DNA of 64,000 bases from Leucoraja erinacea (lineage: Eukaryota). Under the pieces are notes generated by a model. It was given only the letters and a program-made list of their open reading frames with translations. It did not search any database and was not told the DNA's origin. The position numbers and the translations under genes are program-made. This document shows, piece by piece, positions 39,517-52,650 of this stretch (positions are counted from its first letter, which is position 1; each line of letters starts with the position of its first letter). The stretch is taken from positions 13,144,001 to 13,208,000 of the forward strand of contig NC_073396.1 in assembly GCF_028641065.1 (NCBI RefSeq), given 5' to 3'.

Positions 39517-41162
39517 GTAATAAGGCAGCGTCTGACCTGGGCAGACTTCAGATGCTGTTGGCTGGTGGGCGGGAGCAGTCACCCCGGGGCCGTACTTCTG
39601 TTTAAAATACTTAAATCCAGCCAGAAAATCTCATTTATTTTCTGCAATCCATTCCTTAAAGACAGGATTTAAACTTGGGGAATTAGGCTTTAGACTTGGA
39701 GAAGTAGATATCAGCCCCCACTGATATCTACGTCTGTCATTTGCAAAGGTCAGGACATCATGTTACAAAATCTTCAATGTAGGCAAGAAATTAAACTTGC
39801 ATTTATATAGTGCTTGGTCGTGAATTCAAAACAGAGTATAACAGTAGCTTCCAGAATGGATGGGTAGTGAAGTAAATTGTGAAGAGGATATAAAGTAGCT
39901 GCAATGGCATTAGGATAATTGAACAGGTAAAGATCTGCCAAGTGGAATATAATGTATAAAAACTGTGAAGTTATCCACTTTGGTGGGAAATGTAAATTGT
40001 AAGAGATTGCAGAGATTTGTTTTCTCACAGTGATTTGCAGAAATAAGGTATGTAGTAGGTATGTAGAGTGATGGGGCAAGCTAGCATTATTGTTGCCCAT
40101 TGGTGCTTCACAAATTTATCACAGGTGAATTTTATGCAAAGGTGCTTCATTTCTTTGGAGAATTGGCAAGACAATGCCAGCAATGTTGCATGTTCCTTAT
40201 TTACCAAATTATGTTGATGCGTTTGAAGTTTAATGTTCATAGAAGATTTAGTTGGCATGCCTGGAATAGGAGGGTTGTCATGAGCAGAAAGGTTGGTCAG
40301 GGGTCCATATTTCGCCCTTTGAGCGCTACATTGCCATTCAACAAGTTCGGTAGGATGAGTTTTCTAGGATGAAAGGTGAAGAGTGACTGAATGATCAACA
40401 GAGTAGATTTGAGGAGATTCTTTCTACATGTGGAAAAATCTAGTTTGGAGTTAATTTTCAATAGTTCAATTGTGTTTTATTGTCAAGTGCAAAACAGTGA
40501 AATTCTTTTAATTCATATAATTCAGTTGAGGTGATTTTTTTTTCCTGTGGTTGTGGCGGTTGGAAATGTGTTTCGTCAAAGCTGAATGCAGCCTCCAAAT
40601 GTTTCTAAGGCGGTAGAAGAATACTTGATAAGTGAGGAAGTGAAAGATTATCATGATTAGGCAGAAATTAGATCAGCATGGTTAAGCCCAGTGTAGGAGA
40701 CACTAGATTGGGGCAATCCCATGACAAACACCTCATTTGGCCCTTCACTGGATGCTAGGGGAGCCGCAAAGGAAGCATTGTAGGCTCTGTTAAGTAAGAA
40801 TCAGCACTGAGCTGGTAGCAGGAGAGTTGATAGGTGGAAGAGTAAGTTAGGTTTGGCTCCCGATTTGTAGGGCAGAGTGGTACCCTGTGCAGCATACAAA
40901 ATGTATGATAAATTTATCACAGCAAATATTGAGAAAGTAGTCAAACTTTCAGCAGTCAAGTTAGTGTGCAGATCTGTTTCTTAGTATTTTTGGTAGAGGG
41001 ATAACTACAGATTCCGTTTGCAGATAGGTTGGACGTTTACCTCCTGTTCTGGCTCATTTTTATCCGGCAGTCAATGTCGGCCGCCCATTCTTTTTAAATT
41101 AAAGATTTTTTTTAGATAATAACACATTACTGTTGTGCTCCTTCCCTTGTTCCTGGCTCTCT

Positions 41163-41191
41163 CCCCCCCCCCCCCCCCCCCCCCCCCCCCC
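41163..41191. repeat. Poly(C) tract (~29 nt)
   Basis: Directly visible. Confidence 0.9.
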
Positions 41192-41529
41192 ATCAGAGAA
41201 GAAGCTGGTGCAAGTGTGCATGTATTTTAAGAACCAAGGGTAGTGGTTCAACTACCAAAAGGTTATAATATAAACCCTAAAGCCTGAACCTCATATTATC
41301 AGACAGTGCCGTCAGAGAGAACAATTTAATATTTTGGATCAGGAATTAAGGGATATGCTCCAACTTTCTTTTGTTACTCCAGTTTGCATCTCTTCCAAAT
41401 AACTATTAAGAGGATTGGCTGTATTTTTGTGTGGCTGTAAATTTATTGATTGTAATTGTGCATTTCATAACATTAAAGTGTTTCATCTTTGGAATATTTC
41501 AGAGCAATGCTGCAATGTAATTTTGCATA

Positions 41530-42357
41530 CATTGCCCTCCATAATGTTTGGGACAAAGGCCCATCATTTATTTATTTGGCTCTGTATTCCACAATTTGAG
41601 ATTTGTAATCAAAACAATCACATATGGTAAAAGTGCACATTGTCAGATTTTAATAAAGGCCATTTTTATACATTTTAGTTTCATCTTGTAGAAATTACAG
41701 CTGTGTCTATACATAGTCCCCCCCCATTTCAGAGAACCATAATGTTTGGGACACAGCAATGTCATGTAAATGAAAGTAGTCATGTTTAGTATTTAGTGGC
41801 ATATCCTTTGCATGCAATGACTGCTTGAAGTCTGCGATTCATGGACATCACCAATTGCTGGGTGTCTTCTCTGGTGATGCTCTGCCAGGCCTGTATTACA
41901 GCCATCTTTAGCTTATGCTTGTTTTGGGGGCGAGTCCCCTTCAGTTTTCTCTTCAGAATATAAAAGTCATGTTCAATTGGGTTCACATCGGGTGATTGAC
42001 TTGGCCACTCAAGAATTTATCAATTTTTAGCTTTGAAAAAGTGGTTTGCATCTTGCAGTATAGCCTCTGTATTACTATTCATGAAGTCTTCTGCGGACAG
42101 TGGTCATTTGCAAACCCACACCTGACTCCAGAAGAGTTTTTCTGATCTGTCGGACAGGTGTTTGGGGACTGTGTATAAACACAACTGTAATTTCTATATG
42201 GTGAAACCAAGATGTATAAAAATGGCCTTTATTAAAATCAGACAATGTGCACTTTAACCACATGTGATTTTTTTTCTGTAACAAATCTCAAATTGTGGAG
42301 TACAGAGGCAAATAAATAAATGATGGGTCTTTGTCCCTAACATTATGGAGGGCACTG
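41530..42357 (-). mobile_element. Internally deleted Tc1 transposon
   Basis: Long TIRs CA(T/G)TGCCCTCCATAATGTT, TA TSD; DDE C-terminal NPIEH...AWQSI...LVMSMNRRLQAVIACKGYATKY. Confidence 0.93.
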
Positions 42358-42376
42358 TATATGTATATATTCATAG

Positions 42377-42589
<213 letters not shown>

Positions 42590-42623
42590 TAGATTATGAT
42601 GGCAAATATTTTTGTTTTAAAAT

Positions 42624-43035
42624 ACATAGAAACATAGAAATTAGGTGCAGGAATAGGCCATTCGGCCCTTCAAGCCTGCACCGCCATTCAATATGATCAT
42701 GGCTGATCATCCAACTCAGTATCCCGTACCTGCCTTCTCTCCATACCCCCTGATCCCCTTAGCCACAAGGGCCACAGCTAACTCCCTCTTAAATATAGCC
42801 AATGAACTGGCCTCAACTACCCTCTGTGGCAGAGAGTTCCAGAGATTCACCACTCTCTGTGTGAAAAAAGTTCTTCTCATCTTGGTTTTAAAGGATTTCC
42901 CCCTTATCCTTAAGCTGTGACCCCTTGTCCTGGACTTCCCTAACATCGGGAACAATCTTCCTGCATCTAGCCTGTCCAACCCCTTAAGAATTTTGTAAGT
43001 TTCTATAAAATCCCCTCTCAATCTCCTAAATTCTA
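42624..43035 (-). mobile_element. Young CR1 LINE 3' fragment
   Basis: RGDFIETYKILKGLDRLDAGRLFPMLGKSRTRGHSL; (CATAGAAA)n tail; near-identical to the 46069 and 59715 copies. Confidence 0.93.
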
Positions 43036-43699
43036 CAAAGGTTAACAGGAAAAAATTTAACTTTTAAACTTGACAAACCCTGATAAATAATACACCACAT
43101 CAGGGGGTGGGGGAGTAACAGCATGAACCTCAGTTAGCTAACTAATGGCTACAAAAGGTCGTATCACCTTGATCATTAACTCTCCATAGATGCTGCCTGA
43201 TCTGATCCATTGAACATTTCTGACATTATACATTTTCAGCACCAGCTGTTTTTGCTTTGGTCACGTAATGTCATTAAATGATTCTGCAAAAGATCATTTT
43301 ATGCTTTTTAATGTTCAGCCATGGGCTGGCATTGTTTTGAGTTTGGAGGTAAAGCATGGAAACGGGCCTTTTGTCCACAAGCCATCAATCACCTGTTCAT
43401 ACTATTGTTTAAGAAGGAACTGCAGATGCTGGAAAATCGAAGGTACACAAAAATGCTGGAGAAACTCAGCGGGTGCAGCGGCATCTATGGAGCGAAGGAG
43501 ATGGGCAACGTTTCGGGCCGAGATCCTTCTTCAGACTGAAGAAGGGTTTCGGCCCGAAACGTTGCTCCTTGCTTTTAAAAAAAATTGGTTTGTGACTTAC
43601 ACTCTGTGATCAGTGTGTGCCAGTGAGGGTGAATGAGTTCTAGCCCTCCGCCCAGAAGCTAACCATGAGTAAGGCAAATTATATTAGGAGGAAAGAGCA

Positions 43700-43985
43700 A
43701 AGTGGTCTAATGGGTAGAACTACTGTCTCTCAGCTAACTGACTTGGGTTCATTCCTAACCTCTAGTGCTATCTGCGTGGAGCTTGATTGTTCTCCCGGGG
43801 CGTTTTCCCCTGCATACTCTGGCTTCCTCCCACATCACAAACATATGCTGGTTGATGGATTCATTGGTTACTGTAATTTACCCCTAGTATTGGTGATGGG
43901 TAAATTGGTGGTCATATGGGAGGGAATATTTTAGAAGGAATTAATTGCTCTGAGAGCTGGCACAGATTCAACAGGCTGGTGAAAT
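43700..43985 (+). mobile_element. Degenerate V-SINE
   Basis: ggttcattcc box B, gttttcccctg...ctggcttcctcccacatcacaaa core. Confidence 0.65.
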
Positions 43986-44046
43986 ATGGGGGAAATGTTT
44001 TTTTTGTTTGATGATTCTTGGAGTGATCTTTGGTCAATTAGACTAG

Positions 44047-44244
<198 letters not shown>

Positions 44245-45125
44245 TGATTGTAAGCTTCAATCATTGCTGTTTTTGTGTCCTATAAATTCTGTTCCCTTTC
44301 CCTGAATAAGGTGATTTACATTATGGTGCATGAACTCTAACAAGGAGCCTTCCAATACCACGTTCAAATGGTTGGTTGTCATGTGTCATACTAGACCTAG
44401 TCATTGACTCTAACCCTAACGCACACGCACATGCTTTTGGGGACCAGGGCTTTCTGCTTACCAGAGCTCCGTCCCATAAATGACCGAGTAGTTAGTGTCC
44501 TCTTGCAGCAAGACTTGGGAGCGACTGAGTAGCATATAACATTGTTCTATACCTCCCAGCAATGACTGCCTCTCCCTAACATTCATTTAATATCAGTGCT
44601 AAGACTGAATCTCCCTCACTTACCTTATCCAGCAGCACACAACATAAACCTTCTGACAAGCCACATCAATGCTTACAACAATGGCAATTAAAGATTATAT
44701 TTGGTGGTTTGGTATTCTGAGGGCTTGGAGCTCACCTCTTGACTCCCCCAAAGACTTTCCTCCATTTTCAAGAGGCAAATTAGGAGTGGAATGGGTCAGC
44801 ATCCATGAACCTGGTTGGCTGCAGCCGAGAAACTTGTGCAAAGGAATCTGCTTGATAGCAGTCGATCTACTACTTGAATGTTCACTCCCTCCACCATGCA
44901 AAGTGGGTGTAGCGTACAGTATCTGTGCAGGTGCAGCATTTCCCCAATGTTCTTTTGGCAGCAGCTCACAACCACAGGTGTTACCACATGTATTACCACT
45001 TAGATTGGCATGGCCAGCTGTTGACTCCAGGGTACTTGATGGATATCTGGCAAAACGTAACGCTGTACAGTGTTGGTATGTTGGTGATAAATAACGCTGA
45101 TAAAACCAGTCTCCAGGGCCACTAA

Positions 45126-45239
<114 letters not shown>

Positions 45240-46068
45240 ATGTGTTTCTTTGTTCCTGGAGAATCATTGCAGGGTAAGAGATTTCATTTGTCTAATTAAA
45301 GGGGAGGGGCAATGTGCACAAAGTCACATTAATCTGTCTTCAGTCACATGAGCTGTGAGGGGCAAGGGAAATATTAATTTGTTCTCTCAGATCCCTTGGT
45401 CAGAAATAATGCAATGACATTTGTAGAGTTTTATTACAGAAGATATCTATTTGTTATTGCTGTGGGATGGATGGGAGTGGTGAGGGGTTTGGTCAGAAGA
45501 ATTGCTATGTTTGGAGCTAGTCTTCAGATTGAGAGGAGGTTGGGATTTGACAGCTCCCAATACTAGAAAAAGTCCTTTGTAGGAATTGTTCAATATGACT
45601 CTGCATGAAGTCATGGCCATGATATGACAATGTACAAGAAGCCAGTGGAACAATAGCATTGTGAGTTAATAATCTGCAAACACAAGTTCAAATCTAAATG
45701 TAGTAGTTAAGGAATGTAAATTCAGTTCAATAAATAAATCTGGAATAAATAGTACCTGAAATAGAAAGCACAAAACACCAGAGCTACTATGAAAGCATGA
45801 TTCAGTGATTTTCCTTGGAGAAGGAAATTGCCGTCTTTGAAAAATCTGACTGGTACATCTCTGCAAAGTTTATGAATGTTAATTGCCATCAGAAATGTTA
45901 CAAAGATTGTTACTACAAGCCACCACTTTCTAACGTGAGATAAATACAAGTACTGGTGATGACCATGAATGATTTTGTTTTAAAGAGGATCAAGTAAAAT
46001 ATCTCTTCTGGAGCCTATTATATTGAGTTAGACACCAATACTTGCGCAGTGTGTAGGTCAGCTATAGT

Positions 46069-46506
46069 ACATAGAAACATAGAAATTAGGTGCAGGAGTA
46101 GGCCATTCGGCCCTTCGAGCCTGCACCGCCATTTAATATGATCATGGCTGATCATCCAACTCGGTAAACCTGCCTTCTCTCCATACCCCCTGATCCCCTT
46201 AGCCACAAGGGCCACATCTAACTCCCTCTTAAATATAGCCAATGAACTGGCCTCAACTACCCTCTGTGGCAGAGAGTTCCAGAGATTCACCACTCTCTGC
46301 GTGAAAAAGTTCTTCTCATCTCGGTTTTAAAGGATTTCCCCTTTATCCTTAAGCTGTGACCCCTTGTCCTGGACTTCCCTAACATCGGGAACAATCTTCC
46401 TGCATCTAGCCTGTCCAACCCCTTAAGAATTTTGTAAGTTTCTATAAGATCCCCTCTCAATCTCCTAAATTCTAGAGAGTATAAACCAAGTCTATCCAGT
46501 CTTTCT
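46069..46506 (-). mobile_element. Young CR1 LINE 3' fragment
   Basis: Near-identical to 42624-43035. Confidence 0.93.
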
Positions 46507-46667
46507 ATCGTACGCTAACAGACCCTCCCCATCCATGCTCAGCTAACTTAACACAGACAAAGGAAAAGCCTGTGTGAATCAATACTCTGTAAACTGATCA
46601 GTGACATCTTTGGAAAAATTACAGACAATAACATAAAGATTCTGAAACCAGTGTTTTGCTTTTGCAG

Positions 46668-46825
46668 GTACTAGCTGTCGGAAGTATGTGACACACCCAA
46701 GATGTCGGTAGTGCTTGAAGTACAACGTGCTACTGCGGCTTTTGTTGTTTGTTGAGATGGTGATTTTTCACATTCTTCAACCTTTATTTGATTTCAGAAA
46801 ATAAATTACTATTGACGACTTGAGC
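46668..46825 (+). other. NDUFAB1: NDUFAB1 non-coding terminal exon (3'UTR)
   Basis: Strong acceptor gtgttttgcttttgcag ending 46667, AATAAA at 46800-46805; pairs with donor gg/gtaaga at 45274. Confidence 0.65.
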
Positions 46826-47349
46826 ATGTATTGCTGTTTATTAATCTGATCAATCTGACACAATGAATCCTAGATCAATGAGCAACAGTGGTTATGATTT
46901 ATTAGAAATGGGAGGAGGGAAGGAATTAACTACCTTAAATTCTGCCATTCATTGAGGGTTTTAATCTGTATCCCATCCTATATTTACTATACCTTGGGTT
47001 TTTGTGTAAAACTTTCAAATTTATACCACTCTCAGTGTGTTTCCTATTTTATTTCCTGGATGTGCCGGCTCTTGCTCTCTCAGCAGGAATAACCCTCCCT
47101 CTGCTTAGTTCCTCTGTTCTATTCAAAATTCAAACTTTTAATGGTTCAATGGATCTGTATTTGTCACATGTACTGAGATACAGTGAAATTCATTTTAGTA
47201 TACAGTTCAGGACAGGTATCACTATACTTTAATTTAACTTTAATTAAGTTGCCTTCAGTCTATATTCCTGGGGAGTGCAAGTCCATTATTGGGCAAAGCT
47301 ACGTAGAGTAACAAAGTTAAATTGGTATTGGTATTTTGTTTCTGTGCTA

Positions 47350-47719
47350 CAGTGCCCTCCATAATATTTGGGACAAAGACCCATGATTTATTTATTTGCC
47401 TCTGTACGCCACAATTTGAGATTTGTAATAGAAAAAAATCACACGTGGTTAAAGGGCACATTATCGGATTTTATTAAAGGGTATTTTTATACATTTTGGA
47501 TTCACCATGTAGAAATTACAGCTGTGTTTATACATAGTCCCACTATGTATAAATGCTGCTGTAATTTCCACATGGTGAAACCAAAATGTATAAAAATGGC
47601 CTTTATTAATGTGCACTTTAACTGCACTGTGATATTTTCTATTACAAATCTCAAATTGTGGAGCACAGAGGGAAACAAATAAATGATGGGTCTTTGTCTC
47701 AACATTATGGAAGGCACTG
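47350..47719. mobile_element. Tc1-derived MITE made only of two TIRs
   Basis: TA-CAGTGCCCTCCATAAT...ATTATGGAAGGCACTG-TA; whole element is an imperfect palindrome. Confidence 0.92.
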
Positions 47720-49373
47720 TATCTTATTAAATCAGATATTCAATTGCTGAAAGGACAGCTTCAAATAATATTCTTTGCATTCTTCACTTCCCACTGGTCG
47801 CTAACCAGCTGATGAGAAGAGAAACAAATTAGATAATCATAAACATTTATGGCATGAGGTATTTGGCTCATTTGTACATGTGCTGTTATTGGGATAAATC
47901 TCCTGTTCCAGCAGTCACTCTAGCCTCAAACATTAAAAATACGCAAAGTATTTGTCTATGAGATCAGGGTTGTCTCACCTTTTCAAGCCCTGCTACTCTG
48001 CGAAATAAACTTTTCTCCCATCAAATTGATCTCAATGTTTCCTCCCAACGACTGGCAAAATCGGGGTAAATCCCTTCAAACTCCTCCAATGTTAGCTGAT
48101 GTGCTGGAACCAGAACTGTATGCAGAATTGTATCTGTGGCCTAACTAGTGTTATATGTGGGTCGAGTGTGCTCTCTTACATTCAGAAATAAAAGGGAAAT
48201 GGCTTAAAGCTGCCCTCCTAATTTCCCTTACACATTTCTCAAGTTCTGCCTGAATTGTCACTGCGAAAATGAACTTTGCATTGTAACACATCTAAATTAA
48301 GTATATACTGAATTCTCTCTTGGAATTATTATTTATTGGTAATATATGTCGTCTGGGTTGCGTTAGAGGAGTTCATGATCGTCTTCAAGCAGAACTCTCT
48401 GAGAAGCAATTGACGACCCAAGTCATTGAAATTCTGGTCCATTGGCGCCGGGATGCGAGGAGGGGAGAATCTTCCCAGTATTCGCCAGTATACATTTTTC
48501 CCACTAGGTGGCAGGGTGAGACGGGTTTGTGCCTTCACATGGAATCAGACGAGGCTGCAGATGCAGGAATCGTGAGCAAATTGCAACACAAAGATACTAG
48601 AGGAGCTCTATAATCTTTGATGCAAACTGAGGAACTCAGCGGCTCCGGCTGCATCTGTGGAGAGAAATGAAGATGAGTCCCGACTCGTCACATTTTGTCT
48701 CTGTGCCTCCGCAGATGCTGCCTGACTCGTCGAGTTACTCCGAGGTTTATACATTATGCTTTTAAATATACCGCACTTTAAAATCCACAATTTACCTCGA
48801 CTGTTACTGTACGCAACACGAGATTATTGGTAACCCGATGTTTTCCAATGCATGTTTTATATGTGGTTATCTACCTCGAGTGGAAATAGGATTACAAAAA
48901 GCCAGCACGTGCACAGCAGAGTCTGATGAAGGGTTCCGACCCAAAACTTCACCTATACTTTTCTCCAGAGTTACTCCAGCACTTTGTGTCTACGGTGTAA
49001 ACCAGCATCTGCTGTTCCTTCCTGCACAAGCCGCGGCCACGTGTACCCTGCACTCGCCCGGTGCTCCTGTTTGCTGTATCAACCTCCCCCCCCGGTTTCC
49101 CCATTCATTCGTCCCCCCTCCTCTCCTCTCCTCAGGTCTCTCTCGGTCTCTCCCACTTCTCCCTCAGTCCTAGTTCTCCCAGACACGCTTCCATTTCCCT
49201 GACAGGGTTTGGGTCGGATATCCTCTCCGGCTGCCGGCCAACCACAAGCGCTGGGATATCAGGATCTACGAGCCACCCTCCGGGCTCCTTGCATTTCGCT
49301 CCGATCAATGCAGCTCCCGGGTCGGCAGCCGCTCTCTTCCCGCTGGGCTCCTCGGCCTCCTCTCGGATGGACC

Positions 49374-49416
49374 ATGTGGGCCAGAGCAAGTTGGCTTCTG
49401 CTTCTCGCCAACGCAG
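49374..49416 (+). CDS. Uncharacterised CUB-mucin-SEA protein, exon 1 (signal peptide)
   Basis: ACCATG context, MWARASWLLLLANA(G) / gtaacc, phase 1 matches next exon; GC-rich promoter-like upstream. Confidence 0.72.
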
Positions 49417-50280
49417 GTAACCCAAGTTTACAGTCCTGAATAGAGGGGCGAAAGGGCTCCGGGAGATGACGTTTAACTGCAATTCTCTCGCGTTTAATTC
49501 AAATCCTGTCGCACATTTTTCAAAATGCAACGTACTTTTTTTGAACGAGCCTGTGGCGCTCTGATAACTGTTACAAATACGTATTTTTCGTGGGTGTAAC
49601 CAGAGCGCACGGCGTATGTACAATAGCACCGCGTGTCTCAGTACTCAGTATCGTGTGCGCAGCAGCATTCACGTGTACCGAGAATAGTACGCAAAAACAC
49701 TTTATTTTGCGTACTATTCAGGCTAGCCACAGCATCAGGTAGTTAAAAAAGAGAAAAGAAATTGATTGTAAAATTACAGAGAAAGTGCAGGATTAAAAAC
49801 GGTGTAAAGTCCACAATGAGATAGATTGAGAGATCAGGATCCAATCTTTAGCAAAAAAAGAAGTCCATTCGAGAATCTGAATTCAGTGGTGAAGAAACTA
49901 TTCTTGCATTTAGTGGTACATTTTATCATGCTTTAGTATCTTCTGCCCAAGAAAGAGGAAATAAGAGAATGACTGAGGTGTGAGTTGTCATTGATTATGT
50001 TGCCTGCTTTCCCAGGATCCCAGGAATTAGTACGTTATATGATGAGCGTTGATGGCACTGGGTCTGTACTCGCTGGAGTTTATAAGGATGAGGGAGCTCC
50101 TCATTGAAATTTACCGAATAGTTGGAGGCTTGGATAGAATGGATGTGGAGAGGATGTTTCCAATAGTGGGAGAGTCTGGGACTAGAGGTCATAGCCTCAG
50201 AATTAAAGGATGTTCGTTTAGGAAAGAGATGAGGAAGACTTTATTTGGCCAGACGGTGGTGAATCTGTGGAATTCTTAAA

Positions 50281-51687
50281 GACCAGTTAGCCTGACATCG
50301 GTCGTGGGGAAGATGCTGGAGTCAATTATTAAAGAAGCAATAACGGCACATTTGGATAGCTGTAAAAGGATTGGTCCAAGTCAGCATGGATTAATGAAGG
50401 GGAAATCCTGCTTGACTAATCTTCTGGAATTTTTTGAGGGTGTGACAAGTGAAATGGATGAAGGAGTGCCAGTGGATGTAGTGTATCTGGACTTTCAGAA
50501 AGCCTTTGACAAGGTCCCACACAGGAGATTAGTTGGCAAAATTAGAGCACATGGTATTGGGGGTAGGGTATTGACATGGATAGAAAATTGGTTGGCAGAC
50601 AGGAAACAAAGAGTAGGAATAAACAGGTCCCTGTCAGAATGGCAGGCCACTGAGTGGTGAGTGGCGTGCCGCAAGGCTCGGTGCTGGGGCCACAACTATT
50701 TACTATATATATTAATGATTTAGATGATGGAATTAAAAGTAACACTGGCAAATTTGCAGATGACACAAAGCTGGGTGGCAGTGTGAACTGTGAAGAGGAT
50801 GCTAGGAGGTTGCAGGGTGACTTGGACAGGTTGAGTGAGTGGGCAGATGCATGGCAGATGCAGTATAATGTAGATACATGTGAGTTTATCCACTTTGGCG
50901 GCAAGAACAAGAAGGCAGATTATTATTTCAATGCTGTCAGATTATGGAAAAAGGGAAGTGCAACGAGACCTGGGTGTCCTTGTACACCAGTCACTGAATG
51001 TAAACATACAGGTATGGCAGGCAGTGAAGAAAGCTAATGGCATGTAGGACTTCATAACGAGAGGATTAGAGTATAGGAGTAAAGAGGTCCTTCTGCAGTT
51101 GTACTGAGCCCTGGTGAGACCACATCCGTAGTATTGTGTGCAGTTTTGGTCTCCTAATTTGAGGAAGGACATTCATGCTATTGAGGCAGTGCAGCATAGG
51201 TTCACAAGGTTAATCCCCAGGATAGCAGGACTGTCATATGGGGAAAGATTGAGAAGACTGGACTTATATTCACTGGAATTTAGAAGGATGAGAGGGGATC
51301 TTATAGAAACGTATAAAATTATAAAAGAACTGGACAAGCTAGATGCAGGAAAAATATTCCAAATGTTGGGGGAGTCCAGAACCAGGGGCCAAAGACTAAG
51401 AATAAAGGAGAGGCCATTTAAAACTGAGATGAGAAAAAAAAAACTTTTTCACCCAGAGAGTTGTGAATTTGTGGAAATCTCTCCCACACAAAGCAATAGA
51501 GGCCAATTCACTGGATGAATTTAAAAGAGAGTTAGATAGAGCTCTAGGGGCTAACGAAATCAAGGGATATGGGGAGAAGGCATGCACGGGTTACTGATTG
51601 TGGATGAACAGCCATGATGACAATGAATGGTGGTGCTGGCTCGAAGGGCCAAATGGCCTCCTCCTGCACCTATTTTCTATGTTTCTA
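50281..51687 (+). mobile_element. CR1 LINE, 5'-truncated, RT domain to 3' end, inactivated
   Basis: KSCLTNLLEFF, VVYLDFQKAFDKVPH, GVPQGSVLGP, FADDTKL motifs with frameshifts and stops; nested in another CR1 (50035-50276 / 51690-51800). Confidence 0.95.
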
Positions 51688-52177
51688 ATGCTGAAGAATG
51701 GGGTTAGGAGGGAGAGATAGATCAGCCATGATTGAATGATGGAGTAGACTTGATGGGCCAAATGGCCTAATTCTGCTCCTATTACTTATGACCTTATGAC
51801 TTGACCTTCCCAAGGCAGTGTGAAATGTAGATGGAGTCAATGGGGAGAGAGGATGCTTTGTGCGATTTACTGGATTGCACCTACAACTCTCACCAATTGC
51901 TTGCTGTCATCATCCTAATATAGACACAAAAAGCTGGAGTAACTCAGCAGGTCCGGCAGCATCTCTGTGAAACGGTGGCGCAGCGGTAGAGTTGCTGCCT
52001 TACAATGCCAGAGATTGTAATCCGAGGCACTGACTGTGTGTACAACAGCACTGTGTCCCAACATTGTGTATGACAGGGAGTAATCCCAGCTCTGACTGTG
52101 TGAATAACAGCACTGTGTCCCACCTCTGACTATGTGTGTGCGCAGTTGTTTTTTTAATCACAATCTGTGTTCTTCAG

Positions 52178-52561
52178 GGTTTCTCCTCGGCCCATCCCAG
52201 GAGGAGTGTGGCGGTGTTCTGCTTCCCAATGTCACCCAGGGAATCTCGCAGTATTCCCTGCCTGCGACCGACTCCGTCAATGGGATCAGGTGTTACTGGA
52301 TTCTGCCAGCACCCAGAGCGGCGGCCGTCGAGTTGGAGGTTGTGTCAAATCAGACAGCGCCCCGGACCGGTGCCGGCTGTACTTCTGCCCACTTGACAAT
52401 CACACTGCAAGCAACAGAAAAGGAAAGTGAATTCTGTGGCCTCTTCTGGAGTATCCACGAGGCTGGAAATAAGCTTGTGATCCGAGCACGAGGGCCGCTT
52501 GCTATCACTCTTAAAGTTGTGACTTCTGGCTTTAAGCATGGATTTACCCTGCAGTACTTGG
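52178..52561 (+). CDS. CUB-mucin-SEA protein, exon 2 (CUB-like domain)
   Basis: tcttcag / FLLGPSQEECGGVL...RCYWILPAP...VELEV...C...LTI...FCG...SGFKHGFTLQYL / gtaagt; CUB-like pattern; phase 1-1. Confidence 0.82.
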
Positions 52562-52599
52562 GTAAGTTTGGCGGACTGAGGCACAGCGAGACTTCTGCC

Positions 52600-52650
52600 T
52601 GAGTGAGTGAGTGAGTGAGTGAGTGAGTGAGTGAGTGAGTGAGTGAGTGA
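52600..52650. repeat. (TGAG)n microsatellite
   Basis: Directly visible. Confidence 0.95.

Noticed and set aside
38989-39582. 197-aa antisense ORF over NDUFAB1 exon 1
   Set aside because: GC-rich CpG island and repeats explain the lack of stops; no domain signal.
50304-51518. Apparent reverse transcriptase gene
   Set aside because: Frameshifted, stop-containing, 5'-truncated CR1 copy, not a functional or domesticated gene.
51972-52015. tRNA-like GGTGGCGCAGCGGTAGAG
   Set aside because: Only the box A head of a V-SINE; no cloverleaf.
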